Shown piece after piece: positions 19,715-28,611 of a DNA stretch of 64,000 nucleotides (position 1 is its first letter; each line of letters starts with the position of its first letter). The translations under genes and the position numbers were made by a program. This stretch comes from Candidatus Fermentibacteraceae bacterium. GTDB lineage: Bacteria > Fermentibacterota > Fermentibacteria > Fermentibacterales > JCC-6. The stretch is from assembly GCA_041750285.1 (NCBI GenBank), contig JBGSZS010000012.1, positions 1 through 64,000 on the forward strand, written 5' to 3'. The notes below the pieces were generated by a model. It searched no databases. It saw nothing but the letters and a program-made list of their open reading frames with translations, and had not been told where the DNA came from.

Positions 19715-21265
19715 TTGACCGACACCGATCTGCATCCGCTCGAGCTTGCGCTTCTGCGCTGGCTCTCCGGACGGGAACAGAGCAGCGACACCGAGAGCAT
19801 CCAGGGCACGGGGCTGGATGAGGGTTCATACCGCAGGGCGGCCCAGTGGCTTCTGGCCAGGGGTTTCGCCGGGACGACCCTTTCGGAATCAACCTACAGG
19901 GTCCTTCCCGGCCCGCAGGGGATGGATTTCCTGTCGAAGGGGAATACCCCGGAACTTGCCCTTCTTGATTCAGTGAACAACGGCGTTCATTCGCTGCAGC
20001 AGATCCAGGAGGACGTTCGCTTCGACAAAGGTCAGTGGGGCAGCGCGTTCGGCGCACTCGTAAGGGAACGGGTCCTTGGCGGAACGCCCTCTGAGATCCA
20101 GGTCGTCGACCGGACAGGCGGCGTTTTCAGGGAAGTCTGGGACGGGATATACAAGAGCATGCGGGATGGCCGGGAGATTTGGCTCGACTGCCTCGATGCA
20201 CGTCTGAGGGAGTTCGTTCTCTCCCGCGCCCCCAAGCGGGGAAAGACCGGCGCGGAGTTCATCGTCGAGGAGCGCACCGAGGCCACCCTGGCCATCACCG
20301 ACGAGGGAAGGAAAGCCCTTTCCCTTGCCGGGGAGCGGAAGACCATCGGAGCCCTCACGCGGGAGATACTGGCGTCGGAAGAGTGGAGGAACGGCACGTT
20401 CAGGCGGTACCAGGTCGACATTCCACCGGCCCGGATACACGCGGGCAGGCTGCACCCGTACGGTTGCTTCCTCGACAGGGTCAGGGCCAAGTTCACGGCA
20501 ATGGGGTTCGAGGAGATGACCGGCCCGCTCGCGGAAAGCGAGTTCTGGAACAACGACGCGCTCTTCATGCCCCAGTTCCATGCCGCCCGGGACATTCACG
20601 ACGCGTACTACCTCGAGGAGGGTGCATCGGTTGAAGCGCCGGAGCCCGGCGTGTTCGAAAGGGTGGCCCGTGTCCACAGGGACGGCGGTGACACGGGAGG
20701 CAGGGGCTGGGAGTACGATTTCAGCCCTGAAAAAACACTCTCCACGGTGCTCCGGTCACAGGGGACGGCCCTTTCGGCGCGCGCTCTCGCGGCGAACCCG
20801 AACATCCCGGGCAAGTACTTCGGCATCGCCAAGTGTTTCAGGTACGACCAGGTCGATGCCACACACCTGCCCGACTTCTATCAGGTCGAGGGCATAGTTC
20901 TTGGCAGCGGCATCAACTTCAGGCACCTGCTCGGGCTTCTGAAGCTCTTCGCCGAGGAGATCGCCGGGGCGGAGAGCTACCGCTACGTGCCGGCGTACTT
21001 CCCCTTCACCGAGCCCTCGGTCGAACTCCACGTCAAACACTCCGTTCTTGGGTGGTTCGAGATGGGCGGGGCGGGCCTTTTCCGCGAGGAGGTCACGAAA
21101 CCCCTCGGAGTGAACGTACCCGTTATCGCCTGGGGGCTGGGGCTGGACAGGATGGCCCTTCTCGCGATGGGTCTTTCGGACATCCGCGACCTGGTGACGC
21201 CCGACCTTGCCAGGCTGCGGGGAATGACAGTTAAACCCGACGGACTTCTGGGAAGGAAGGTGTGA
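19715..21265 (+). CDS. pheS: Phenylalanine--tRNA ligase alpha subunit, archaeal/eukaryal-type (516 aa)
   Basis: Long winged-helix-like N-terminus; GRLHP, EFWNNDALFMPQFHAARDIHD, FRYDQVDATH, YFPFTEPS, AWGLGLDR. Confidence 0.93.
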   Translation: MTDTDLHPLELALLRWLSGREQSSDTESIQGTGLDEGSYRRAAQWLLARGFAGTTLSESTYRVLPGPQGMDFLSKGNTPELALLDSVNNGVHSLQQIQEDVRFDKGQWGSAFGALVRERVLGGTPSEIQVVDRTGGVFREVWDGIYKSMRDGREIWLDCLDARLREFVLSRAPKRGKTGAEFIVEERTEATLAITDEGRKALSLAGERKTIGALTREILASEEWRNGTFRRYQVDIPPARIHAGRLHPYGCFLDRVRAKFTAMGFEEMTGPLAESEFWNNDALFMPQFHAARDIHDAYYLEEGASVEAPEPGVFERVARVHRDGGDTGGRGWEYDFSPEKTLSTVLRSQGTALSARALAANPNIPGKYFGIAKCFRYDQVDATHLPDFYQVEGIVLGSGINFRHLLGLLKLFAEEIAGAESYRYVPAYFPFTEPSVELHVKHSVLGWFEMGGAGLFREEVTKPLGVNVPVIAWGLGLDRMALLAMGLSDIRDLVTPDLARLRGMTVKPDGLLGRKV

Positions 21266-21266
21266 G

Positions 21267-22913
21267 ATGCCGAAGATAGAAGCAAGCCTTTCCGACCTTC
21301 TCAGACTGGCCCTCATCGATGACCCTGAAAGCCTCGCAGAGCGGCTCGAACCCCTCAAGGCCGAGCTTGACGGCATGGATGGCGACACGGTGAAGATCGA
21401 ACTGAACGACACGAACAGGCCCGACCTGTGGACAGTCGAGGGGGTCGCCCGGGGGCTCAGGTGCTGGGAACACGGTGCCGGGAGGAACCTTGAATCAATG
21501 CCCGGACCAACCAGGGAGATACTTGTGCACAAGGGTCTCGAGGGCGTGCGTCCGTTCATCGCCTCCTTCGTCGGCAGGGGCCCGGCCCTGGGCGAAAAGG
21601 GGCTTGCGGCCCTCGTCGGCGCGCAGGAGAAGCTTTGCGCAACCATGGGCCGTGAGCGGCGGACAGCTGCAGTGGGTTTCTACAGGCTCAAGGGCATCGA
21701 GTTTCCAGTGCACTACAGGGCCGTTCCCCCCGGTACTTCATTCCGAGCCCTGGGAACCGACAGGGAGATGACGCTGGAAGAAGTCCTCGCGAACACCGAA
21801 GCCGGCATGAAGTACGCGGGGCTTCTCAAGGATTTCGAAGCCTGGCCGTTCCTCGTGGACGACCGGGGAACACCCCTTTCCTTCCCGCCAGTGCTCAACA
21901 GCGAGGGAACTGGAAGGGTGGCCCCCGAAGACGGCGACCTGTTCTGCGAAGTCACCGGAACCGACCTCCACACCGTCCAGCTCCTTGCCACGATACTCGC
22001 GTGCGACCTCGAGGACCGTGGCGCCAGCATCGAACCCGTGCGGGTGCTCTACCCCGGAGGCAATGCCGTCGTTACTCCGGTGATCCATGCCGACACGCTC
22101 ACGGCGGGCCTTGGCAGCATAACGGAGATAACCGGGCTTTCCATACCCGGCTCCGACCTGCCCGGGCTTCTGGGGAAGATGGACTACCGCCGTGTCACCG
22201 TGGACGGTGGGAAGGTCACCGCTGTGATGCCGCCCTACAGAAGGGACGGCATCCATCCCCGCGACCTGGTGGAAGACATCACAATTGCGTACGGCCTGAA
22301 CCGCATCGAACCGCTCCTGCCTGGCGACTACACGCTTGGAAGGGCCTCGGCGGACTCCATGCTCGCTTCATCGGTGAAGCTGCTGCTCGTTGGCGCGGGG
22401 TGCGAGGAGATAATCAGGCCTGTGCTGACCAGCGCCCAGAAGATTACCGAACAGACGCTTACTCCCGAAAAGCCGGTATCCATATTGAACCCCATGACAG
22501 CCGAGTATTCGGTGGTGGGCAACACCGTTCTTCCGTGTCTTCTCGAGGTGGAGTCGGTCAGCGGCCATGCCGCCTTTCCCCACAGGCTGTTCACCGTGGG
22601 CGAGGTGCTTGTCAGGACACCGGAGAACCGCCTGCAAACCCGCTGGGATCTCGGTGTCGCAACGGCCGGGGCGGGGATGGACTTCGGCAGCGCCCACTCC
22701 CTGCTGGGTCTGCTTGCCCATGGCAGGGGTCTTGAACTGAAGCTCGCGGCCTGCGACGATTCGAGGTTCATTCCCGGCCGGTGTGCCAGGGTCTTCCTCG
22801 AAGGCATCGATTCGGGTGTCGTCGGCGAGTTCCATCCGCAGGTCCTCACGGCATGGGGAATACCTGTGCCCGTGTCCGGTTTCGAGGTCAACCTTGAAGC
22901 CCTGAGGGGCTGA
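21267..22913 (+). CDS. pheT: Phenylalanine--tRNA ligase beta subunit, archaeal-type (548 aa)
   Basis: MPKI start, DTNRPDLW, QEKL, LSFPPVLNS, PPYRRDGIHPRDLVEDI, FIPGR, GEFHPQVL; no bacterial B2 or C-terminal B8/FDX domain. Confidence 0.92.
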   Translation: MPKIEASLSDLLRLALIDDPESLAERLEPLKAELDGMDGDTVKIELNDTNRPDLWTVEGVARGLRCWEHGAGRNLESMPGPTREILVHKGLEGVRPFIASFVGRGPALGEKGLAALVGAQEKLCATMGRERRTAAVGFYRLKGIEFPVHYRAVPPGTSFRALGTDREMTLEEVLANTEAGMKYAGLLKDFEAWPFLVDDRGTPLSFPPVLNSEGTGRVAPEDGDLFCEVTGTDLHTVQLLATILACDLEDRGASIEPVRVLYPGGNAVVTPVIHADTLTAGLGSITEITGLSIPGSDLPGLLGKMDYRRVTVDGGKVTAVMPPYRRDGIHPRDLVEDITIAYGLNRIEPLLPGDYTLGRASADSMLASSVKLLLVGAGCEEIIRPVLTSAQKITEQTLTPEKPVSILNPMTAEYSVVGNTVLPCLLEVESVSGHAAFPHRLFTVGEVLVRTPENRLQTRWDLGVATAGAGMDFGSAHSLLGLLAHGRGLELKLAACDDSRFIPGRCARVFLEGIDSGVVGEFHPQVLTAWGIPVPVSGFEVNLEALRG

Positions 22914-22914
22914 A

Positions 22915-24894
22915 TTGACCGAGCTGTTCGCTCTCGAGGCGCCGTTTCGGCCGTCGGGTCATCAGCCCGCCGCCATCGCGTCACTCCTCGACGGCCTCAG
23001 GAAGAACATGGAGTGGCAGACCCTGCTCGGCGTCACCGGCTCCGGCAAGACGTTCACCATGGCCGCCGTGATAAGCGAGCTTAAACGTCCGACCCTTGTC
23101 ATAAGCCACAACAAGACACTCGCCGCGCAGCTCTACGGCGAACTGAGGGGCTTCTTCCCCAAAAGCGCGGTCGAGTACTTCGTTAGCTATTACGATTACT
23201 ACCAGCCCGAGGCCTACCTGCCCGCCAGCGACACCTACATCGAAAAGGATGCCGACCTCAACGAGGAGCTGGACAGGCTGAGGCTGAAGGCCACCGCCAG
23301 CCTGCTGAGCCGCAGGGACGTCATCGTGGTCTCTTCCGTGAGCTGCATCTACGGCCTCGGCAGCCCCGAGATGTTCATGGAAAAGGGGCTCAGGCTCGCT
23401 GTCGGGCACAGCCCCGGACGGGACAGGGTCCTTGCCGACCTGGTCTCGATGCAGTACCGCCGGAACGACATCGCCCTGGCCAGGGGCTACTTCAGGGCCA
23501 TGGGCGACACTGTCGACCTGGTGCCCTCCTATGCAGACCGTGGTCTCAGGATCGAGTTCTTCGGCGACCAGGTGGAATCCATCAGGGAGGTGGACCACCT
23601 CACGGGCCATGTTCTCGGGGAGATGCAGGAGACAACCGTCTTTCCCGCCAAGCACTTCGTGACGGGTGAACGGCAGCTCAACCTCGCCATGGGCAGGATA
23701 AGGGAGGAACTCGGGGAGAGGCTCAGGGAGTTCAGCATCGAAGGCAAGCTTCTCGAGGCCCAGAGGCTGAAGTCCCGGACCGAGTACGACCTCGAACTCC
23801 TGGGGGAAACCGGCTACTGCCCGGGCATAGAGAACTACAGCAGGCACATATCGGGACGGGCTCCCGGCGAACCGCCCTCATGCCTCATCGACTATTTCCC
23901 GAAGGACATGCTGCTTTTCATCGACGAGAGCCACCGGACCATTCCGCAGATCAGGGGCATGTACCTGGGCGACCGTTCCCGCAAGCAGACACTCGTAGAC
24001 CACGGTTTCAGGCTTCCGTCGGCGCTCGACAACCGCCCGCTCTTTCTCGACGAGTTCATCGAAGCCACCGGCAACAAGGTGTGCATGTCCGCCACCCCGG
24101 CGCCGTACGAGCTCGAGAAAAGCACGAACGTCGCCGAGCAGATAGTGAGACCCACCGGACTTGTCGATCCCGAACTGGTGGTGAGCCCCGCTACAGGACA
24201 GATCGACCACCTGGTCGGTCGGATCAGGAGCGTCATCGAACAGCGGGGCAGGGTTCTGGTGACCACGCTGACCAAGAAGACCGCCGAGGAGCTCGCGGCA
24301 TACCTCGACAGGCTCGGCATGGCTACCCGGTACGTACACAGCGAGGTCGACGCGCTGGAGCGGGTCTCGATCCTCCGTGACCTGAGACTGGCCGAGTTCG
24401 ACGTCCTTGTGGGGGTCAACCTGCTCAGGGAAGGTCTCGACCTTCCCGAGGTCACTCTCGTCGCCGTGCTCGACGCTGACAAGGAGGGTTTCCTGAGAAG
24501 CCGGACCAGCCTCATTCAGACCGCGGGAAGGGCGGCCCGGAACAACGCCGGCACTGTCATTCTCTACGCCGACAGGATGACCGATTCCATGAAGGCCGCC
24601 ATGGAAGAGATGGACCGCAGGCGCGCCATCCAGCTCGCCTACAACAGCGAGCACGGTATAACGCCGACGACCATCGAGAAGAGCCGGGATGAGATATTGC
24701 GCACCACCGGCATTGCTGACATGATAAGGGCTGTGGAACCAGCGAAGTCAACCGAAGTAGAAACACACGACGAAGCACTGACTGCCGCCGAACTGGAAAG
24801 GAGGATGATGGAAGCCGCAGCCGATCTTCAGTTTGAAAAGGCGGCTCTTCTGAGGGACAGGCTCCGGAAAATCCTTGCGAAAAGCGGGGGTTGA
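22915..24894 (+). CDS. uvrB: Excinuclease ABC subunit B
   Basis: LLGVTGSGKTFT, FVSYYDYYQPEAY, IDESH, NLLREGLDLPEV, LIQTAGRAARN, C-terminal UVR coil (LQFEKAALLRD). Confidence 0.98.
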   Translation: MTELFALEAPFRPSGHQPAAIASLLDGLRKNMEWQTLLGVTGSGKTFTMAAVISELKRPTLVISHNKTLAAQLYGELRGFFPKSAVEYFVSYYDYYQPEAYLPASDTYIEKDADLNEELDRLRLKATASLLSRRDVIVVSSVSCIYGLGSPEMFMEKGLRLAVGHSPGRDRVLADLVSMQYRRNDIALARGYFRAMGDTVDLVPSYADRGLRIEFFGDQVESIREVDHLTGHVLGEMQETTVFPAKHFVTGERQLNLAMGRIREELGERLREFSIEGKLLEAQRLKSRTEYDLELLGETGYCPGIENYSRHISGRAPGEPPSCLIDYFPKDMLLFIDESHRTIPQIRGMYLGDRSRKQTLVDHGFRLPSALDNRPLFLDEFIEATGNKVCMSATPAPYELEKSTNVAEQIVRPTGLVDPELVVSPATGQIDHLVGRIRSVIEQRGRVLVTTLTKKTAEELAAYLDRLGMATRYVHSEVDALERVSILRDLRLAEFDVLVGVNLLREGLDLPEVTLVAVLDADKEGFLRSRTSLIQTAGRAARNNAGTVILYADRMTDSMKAAMEEMDRRRAIQLAYNSEHGITPTTIEKSRDEILRTTGIADMIRAVEPAKSTEVETHDEALTAAELERRMMEAAADLQFEKAALLRDRLRKILAKSGG

Positions 24895-24918
24895 CGCTAT
24901 GCGGGAGATTTGTAATCT
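24891..24918 (+). promoter_or_regulatory. Putative promoter of the TWGxxK paralog cluster
   Basis: TTGACG-N16-TAATCT overlapping the uvrB stop; strong AAGGAG SD before ATG 24980. Confidence 0.4.
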
Positions 24919-24979
24919 TTCCCCCGCGACACTGAAAATCGGGTTCGTGCATCAACCAACAAAATAGGAAAGGAGAACC

Positions 24980-25591
24980 ATGAAGCAGGCACTTGCGGTT
25001 CTCGCAATACTCACGATGGTGGCTTTTGCCGGTCAGATCCGGGTAGACCTTCCCGGCGGGTCCGGAGGCACCGACGATGAACTCACCTACTTCAACGGCA
25101 CACCGCACTGGCTGACCTGGGGCGGCATGTACAGGGGTACCTGGTTCAACTCCGAAGACTTCATGCCCGGCAGCACCAGCTTCAATCTCGAGCAGATGGA
25201 GTACTGGTTCTACGAGAGCACCAACACCGACCCCTGGGACACTGACGACTTCTACAGCGAGATCTGGAACGGCGACGACATGGGTCCCCTCGTGCTTCTT
25301 GCCCAGGGTGTCGTAACCGCCCCCCACTACGCCCCCTGCTACCACACCTTCGACCCCGACCTCGTGGTCGAGCAGAACTTCTGGGGTCTCATCAACACCG
25401 AGATGAGCGCGGGCGGCTGGCCCAGCGTCCTCGGTGACTGGGCAATGCCCGGTGACGCCGGTCACAGCTTCTTCAGCGATGACTTCATCGTCTGGGAACC
25501 CTGGGGCGAAATGGGCGAGTACTATCTCGTTGCCCACGGTACCTTCGCGCTCAACTCCACCACCTGGGGCGCCGTCAAGGCCCTGTTCTAA
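24980..25591 (+). CDS. Secreted acidic protein, paralog 1, C-terminal TTWGAVKALF
   Basis: Sec signal MKQALAVLAILTMVAFA; Asp/Glu/Trp/Phe-rich; strongly C-ending codons; homologous to the next two ORFs. Confidence 0.9.
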   Translation: MKQALAVLAILTMVAFAGQIRVDLPGGSGGTDDELTYFNGTPHWLTWGGMYRGTWFNSEDFMPGSTSFNLEQMEYWFYESTNTDPWDTDDFYSEIWNGDDMGPLVLLAQGVVTAPHYAPCYHTFDPDLVVEQNFWGLINTEMSAGGWPSVLGDWAMPGDAGHSFFSDDFIVWEPWGEMGEYYLVAHGTFALNSTTWGAVKALF

Positions 25592-25613
25592 GAACAGCGA
25601 CCCTTGTGCCTTC

Positions 25614-25640
25614 GGGGCCGGCCTTCGGGTCGGCCCCTTT
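25614..25640 (+). terminator. Intrinsic terminator-like hairpin after paralog 1
   Basis: GGGGCCGGCC-TTCG-GGTCGGCCCC followed by a short TTT; cUUCGg tetraloop. Confidence 0.7.
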
Positions 25641-25717
25641 GCGTTGCAGTGAAAATACCCTTGACACCTCATGACAGTTATGCCAATTTACCTGTGTATC
25701 CCGAATGGAGGCATTGT

Positions 25718-26341
25718 ATGAGGAAGCCATTTGCAGCGCTGTTGCTGTTTCTGCTGCCCCTTGCGGCATTCGCGGGTCAGATCGGGATCGGCTCGGACAT
25801 ACCGGCTGCCGCAGGTGGTCCCACCGACACCGAGGTTCTCCAGTACGACGACGGCACCCCCCAATGGCTCACCTGGGGCGGCATGTACAGGGGCACCTGG
25901 TTCAACCCCGACGATTTCCTCCCTGACAACGACGGTTTCTACCTCGAGATGATGGAGTGGTGGTTCTACCAGAGCCCCAACACCGACCCCTGGGACACAT
26001 GCGACTTCTATGCCCAGATCTGGACGGGCGACCAGAACGGACCCCTGGTCCTCCTCGACAGCCAGCTCATGACCGCCATCCACGGAATGCCCGTCTACAC
26101 CTACTACGATCCGCCGCTCTGGATCGAGGACCAGTTCTGGGCTATCGCCAGCACCGAGTTGAGCGCGGGCGGCTGGCCCAGCGTACTGGCCGACGGCACC
26201 TTCAGCGGGCACAGTTTCTACAGCGACGACTTCATGGTCTGGGAATGCTGGGACCTTGGCGACTACTTCATAAGGGCTCACGGCTCCTACGCGCTGACGC
26301 TCGAGACAACAACCTGGGGAGAGCTCAAGGCCCTGTTCTAG
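25718..26341 (+). CDS. Secreted acidic protein, paralog 2, C-terminal TTWGELKALF
   Basis: GGAGG SD and ATG 25718; signal MRKPFAALLLFLLPLAAFA; shares WLTWGGMYRGTWFN, NTDPWDT, SAGGWPSVL and GHSF.SDDF.VWE. Confidence 0.9.
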   Translation: MRKPFAALLLFLLPLAAFAGQIGIGSDIPAAAGGPTDTEVLQYDDGTPQWLTWGGMYRGTWFNPDDFLPDNDGFYLEMMEWWFYQSPNTDPWDTCDFYAQIWTGDQNGPLVLLDSQLMTAIHGMPVYTYYDPPLWIEDQFWAIASTELSAGGWPSVLADGTFSGHSFYSDDFMVWECWDLGDYFIRAHGSYALTLETTTWGELKALF

Positions 26342-26358
26342 ATTCTGGGAGTGAATTG

Positions 26359-26973
26359 ATGAAAAGCCTCTTTTCGGCACTCCTTCCGATCTGTCTTCCG
26401 CTTCTCGCGGGGAACATCGTCGTTGATCTTCCCGGTGGTTCCGGAGGGAATTTCGGTGAACTCACCTACTTCAACGGCACACCACACTGGCTGACATGGG
26501 GCGGCATGTACAGGGGCACCTGGTTCAACACCGAAGACTTCATGCCCGGCAGCTTCGGCATCAATCTCGAGCAGATGGAGTACTGGTTCTACGAGAGCAC
26601 CAACACCGACCCCTGGGACACCGACGACTTCTACAGCGAGGTCTGGAACGGAGATCAAACGGGCCCCCTGGTGCTGCTTGAACAGGGTATCGTAACCGCC
26701 CCCCACTACGCTCCCTGCTTCCACACCTTCGACCCCGAGCTCCCGGTCGAGCAGAACTTCTGGGCTCTCATCAACACCGAGATGAGTGCGGGCGGCTGGC
26801 CCAGCGTCCTCGGCGACTGGTCAATGCCCGGTGACGCGGGTCACAGTTTCTTCAGCGATGACTTCATCGTCTGGGAACCATGGGGTGAAATGGGAGAGTA
26901 CTACATCATTGCCCATGAGGGGAGTTGGTCACTCGACGCGATTACCTGGGGCGCGTTGAAGGCTTTGTTTTAG
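26359..26973 (+). CDS. Secreted acidic protein, paralog 3, C-terminal ITWGALKALF
   Basis: ATG 26359 within the longer tracked ORF; signal MKSLFSALLPICLPLLA; core near-identical to paralog 1. Confidence 0.9.
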   Translation: MKSLFSALLPICLPLLAGNIVVDLPGGSGGNFGELTYFNGTPHWLTWGGMYRGTWFNTEDFMPGSFGINLEQMEYWFYESTNTDPWDTDDFYSEVWNGDQTGPLVLLEQGIVTAPHYAPCFHTFDPELPVEQNFWALINTEMSAGGWPSVLGDWSMPGDAGHSFFSDDFIVWEPWGEMGEYYIIAHEGSWSLDAITWGALKALF

Positions 26974-27027
26974 TTCGTTGTGTTATCTTCCGGGGCACCC
27001 TTTTCTGTTGAAAGGCGCCCCCGGGTA

Positions 27028-28563
27028 ATGCGAGTCTCCCTGAATCCCGGAAAACACCTGCCGTGGCTGCTGCTCCTTCTGGCTGCCGGGCTTGCCACAA
27101 GGGTTCCCCACGCCCTGGCGGCAGGGGTATACGAGAACCGTATCACGTACTTCCCCACGCTCGCGTCGACCCGTTTCGTGCAGTGCGCCCAGGAGATGAC
27201 CCGCGGCAGCGTTTCGAGCGATGCCTTCTCCTTCGCGAGCCCCCTTTACATACCCTTTCTGGCGGCGTTCTATGCCCTGTCCCTCGGGAACGGCGCGGTG
27301 TTTCTAGTGCAGGGCGTCGCCGGGATTCTGTCGGGTTTCCTTGTCTACTTCGTTGCGTTCCGGGCCGGCGCCTCCAGGTTTTTTGCCTGCCTTGGCGCCC
27401 TTTTCTTCTACTTCTATGCTCCGGCGGCCTTCTTCGAGCTTGCCCTGCTGCCCGTGGGCATTCTGGCGTTCCTCACAGGTTTGTGGGCCTTTCTCGAGCA
27501 GGGAGCCGGGGGGCGGTGGCGCAGTGTTCTCAAGGGCTTTCTTGTGGGGGTCATAGCCGGTCTCCGTCCGCCATTCATTCTCATCGGACTGATCTCGCTT
27601 ATCAGGGGTGTGAGGAGGGGTGGGACCCTTCCATTTCTGGCGGGACTGGCCGTGCCCCTTCTCTCACTTTCGTTCTGGCATCTCGGTCAAGGCGGGGGGT
27701 TCTCTCCCTTCGTGTCGGCCACGGGGCTCAACCTCGTTCTCGGTCACGCGGACGGGGCGAGCGGCTACGGCCCTCCCATAGTCGAACACGGCCTTGTGGA
27801 GACACCCGGAGAAGACATCCATCAGGCTGCAGCACGGGTTGCTTCTGAACACGGTTTTGACGACCCGGCGGAGGCGGACCGGTTCTGGCTGAGGACGGCA
27901 GTGAGCTGGATGCTGGCGAATCCCGGACGGGAGTTCGAGCTGTTGCTCGTGAAGCTGGGAGGGGCGTTCGGGTTCATCCCGTACGACGTCTACTTCGACC
28001 TTCAGCGGGATGTGGCTTCCGATCCATCCCTGGGGCACCTTGTCGTGCCCAGGGTACTGCTTGTGGCGTTCATGGCGCTGGGAGCGGGTTCACTTCTGGT
28101 TCACAGGGGAGCATGCAGGTTCCTCCTGGCGCCGGTCGCGGTGTCGCTTCTTTCATCAGTTCTGTTCGTCCACTCCGAACGGTTCTGGATACCGGCCCTT
28201 CCAGCGGCGCTTGCGGTCTCGGCAGCGGGGCTGACGCTGTTTTGCCGTGGCTTCAGACACGGTCGGAAGACCGCTGCATCGGTGTTGGTGCTTGTGCTGC
28301 TGATGCTTCCGGGCTTTCTTCGGCCCACACCCGAAACGCCGCTGGGACTCTACCTTTACAACCGCGCCGTGAAGGTTTTTCACATGGGCAACATGCCGCT
28401 CTCTCTGCTGCTGTTCGAGGAGGCTGCAGAAGTCTCTCCCGGCGGCACCCTTACTTCGGTGTACGCGAGGGTCATGGCCGTTCAGATCGCACGTTCCCTC
28501 TCAATGGATGAACGGGCCGATGCCCACGCCCTGATACTCCGGCAGGAGGCGGCCCCCCGGTAA
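27028..28563 (+). CDS. Polytopic GT-C-like membrane glycosyltransferase (ArnT/PMT_2-like) with C-terminal TPR-like helices
   Basis: Many TM segments; SPLYIPFLA, GLRPP, TGLNLVLG, W...NPG, SERF.IP motifs resembling GT39/GT83-like proteins. Confidence 0.65.
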   Translation: MRVSLNPGKHLPWLLLLLAAGLATRVPHALAAGVYENRITYFPTLASTRFVQCAQEMTRGSVSSDAFSFASPLYIPFLAAFYALSLGNGAVFLVQGVAGILSGFLVYFVAFRAGASRFFACLGALFFYFYAPAAFFELALLPVGILAFLTGLWAFLEQGAGGRWRSVLKGFLVGVIAGLRPPFILIGLISLIRGVRRGGTLPFLAGLAVPLLSLSFWHLGQGGGFSPFVSATGLNLVLGHADGASGYGPPIVEHGLVETPGEDIHQAAARVASEHGFDDPAEADRFWLRTAVSWMLANPGREFELLLVKLGGAFGFIPYDVYFDLQRDVASDPSLGHLVVPRVLLVAFMALGAGSLLVHRGACRFLLAPVAVSLLSSVLFVHSERFWIPALPAALAVSAAGLTLFCRGFRHGRKTAASVLVLVLLMLPGFLRPTPETPLGLYLYNRAVKVFHMGNMPLSLLLFEEAAEVSPGGTLTSVYARVMAVQIARSLSMDERADAHALILRQEAAPR

Positions 28564-28611
28564 TCCGGCTGCGATTCGGAAGCCCGTCTTTTGTATTATC
28601 TTTGGAACATC

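Larger units (their letters stand above)
25079..26901 (+). repeat. Direct repeat: 444-nt cores of paralogs 1 and 3 (25079-25522 vs 26458-26901)
   Basis: Colinear with no indels; about 35 mismatches by manual codon alignment (~92% identity). Confidence 0.9.

Noticed and set aside
25079..26901. Diversity-generating retroelement template/variable repeat pair
   Set aside because: The mismatches are not adenine-specific (only about a third have A in paralog 3, and many are synonymous C/T changes), both copies are intact genes, and there is no reverse transcriptase in the window
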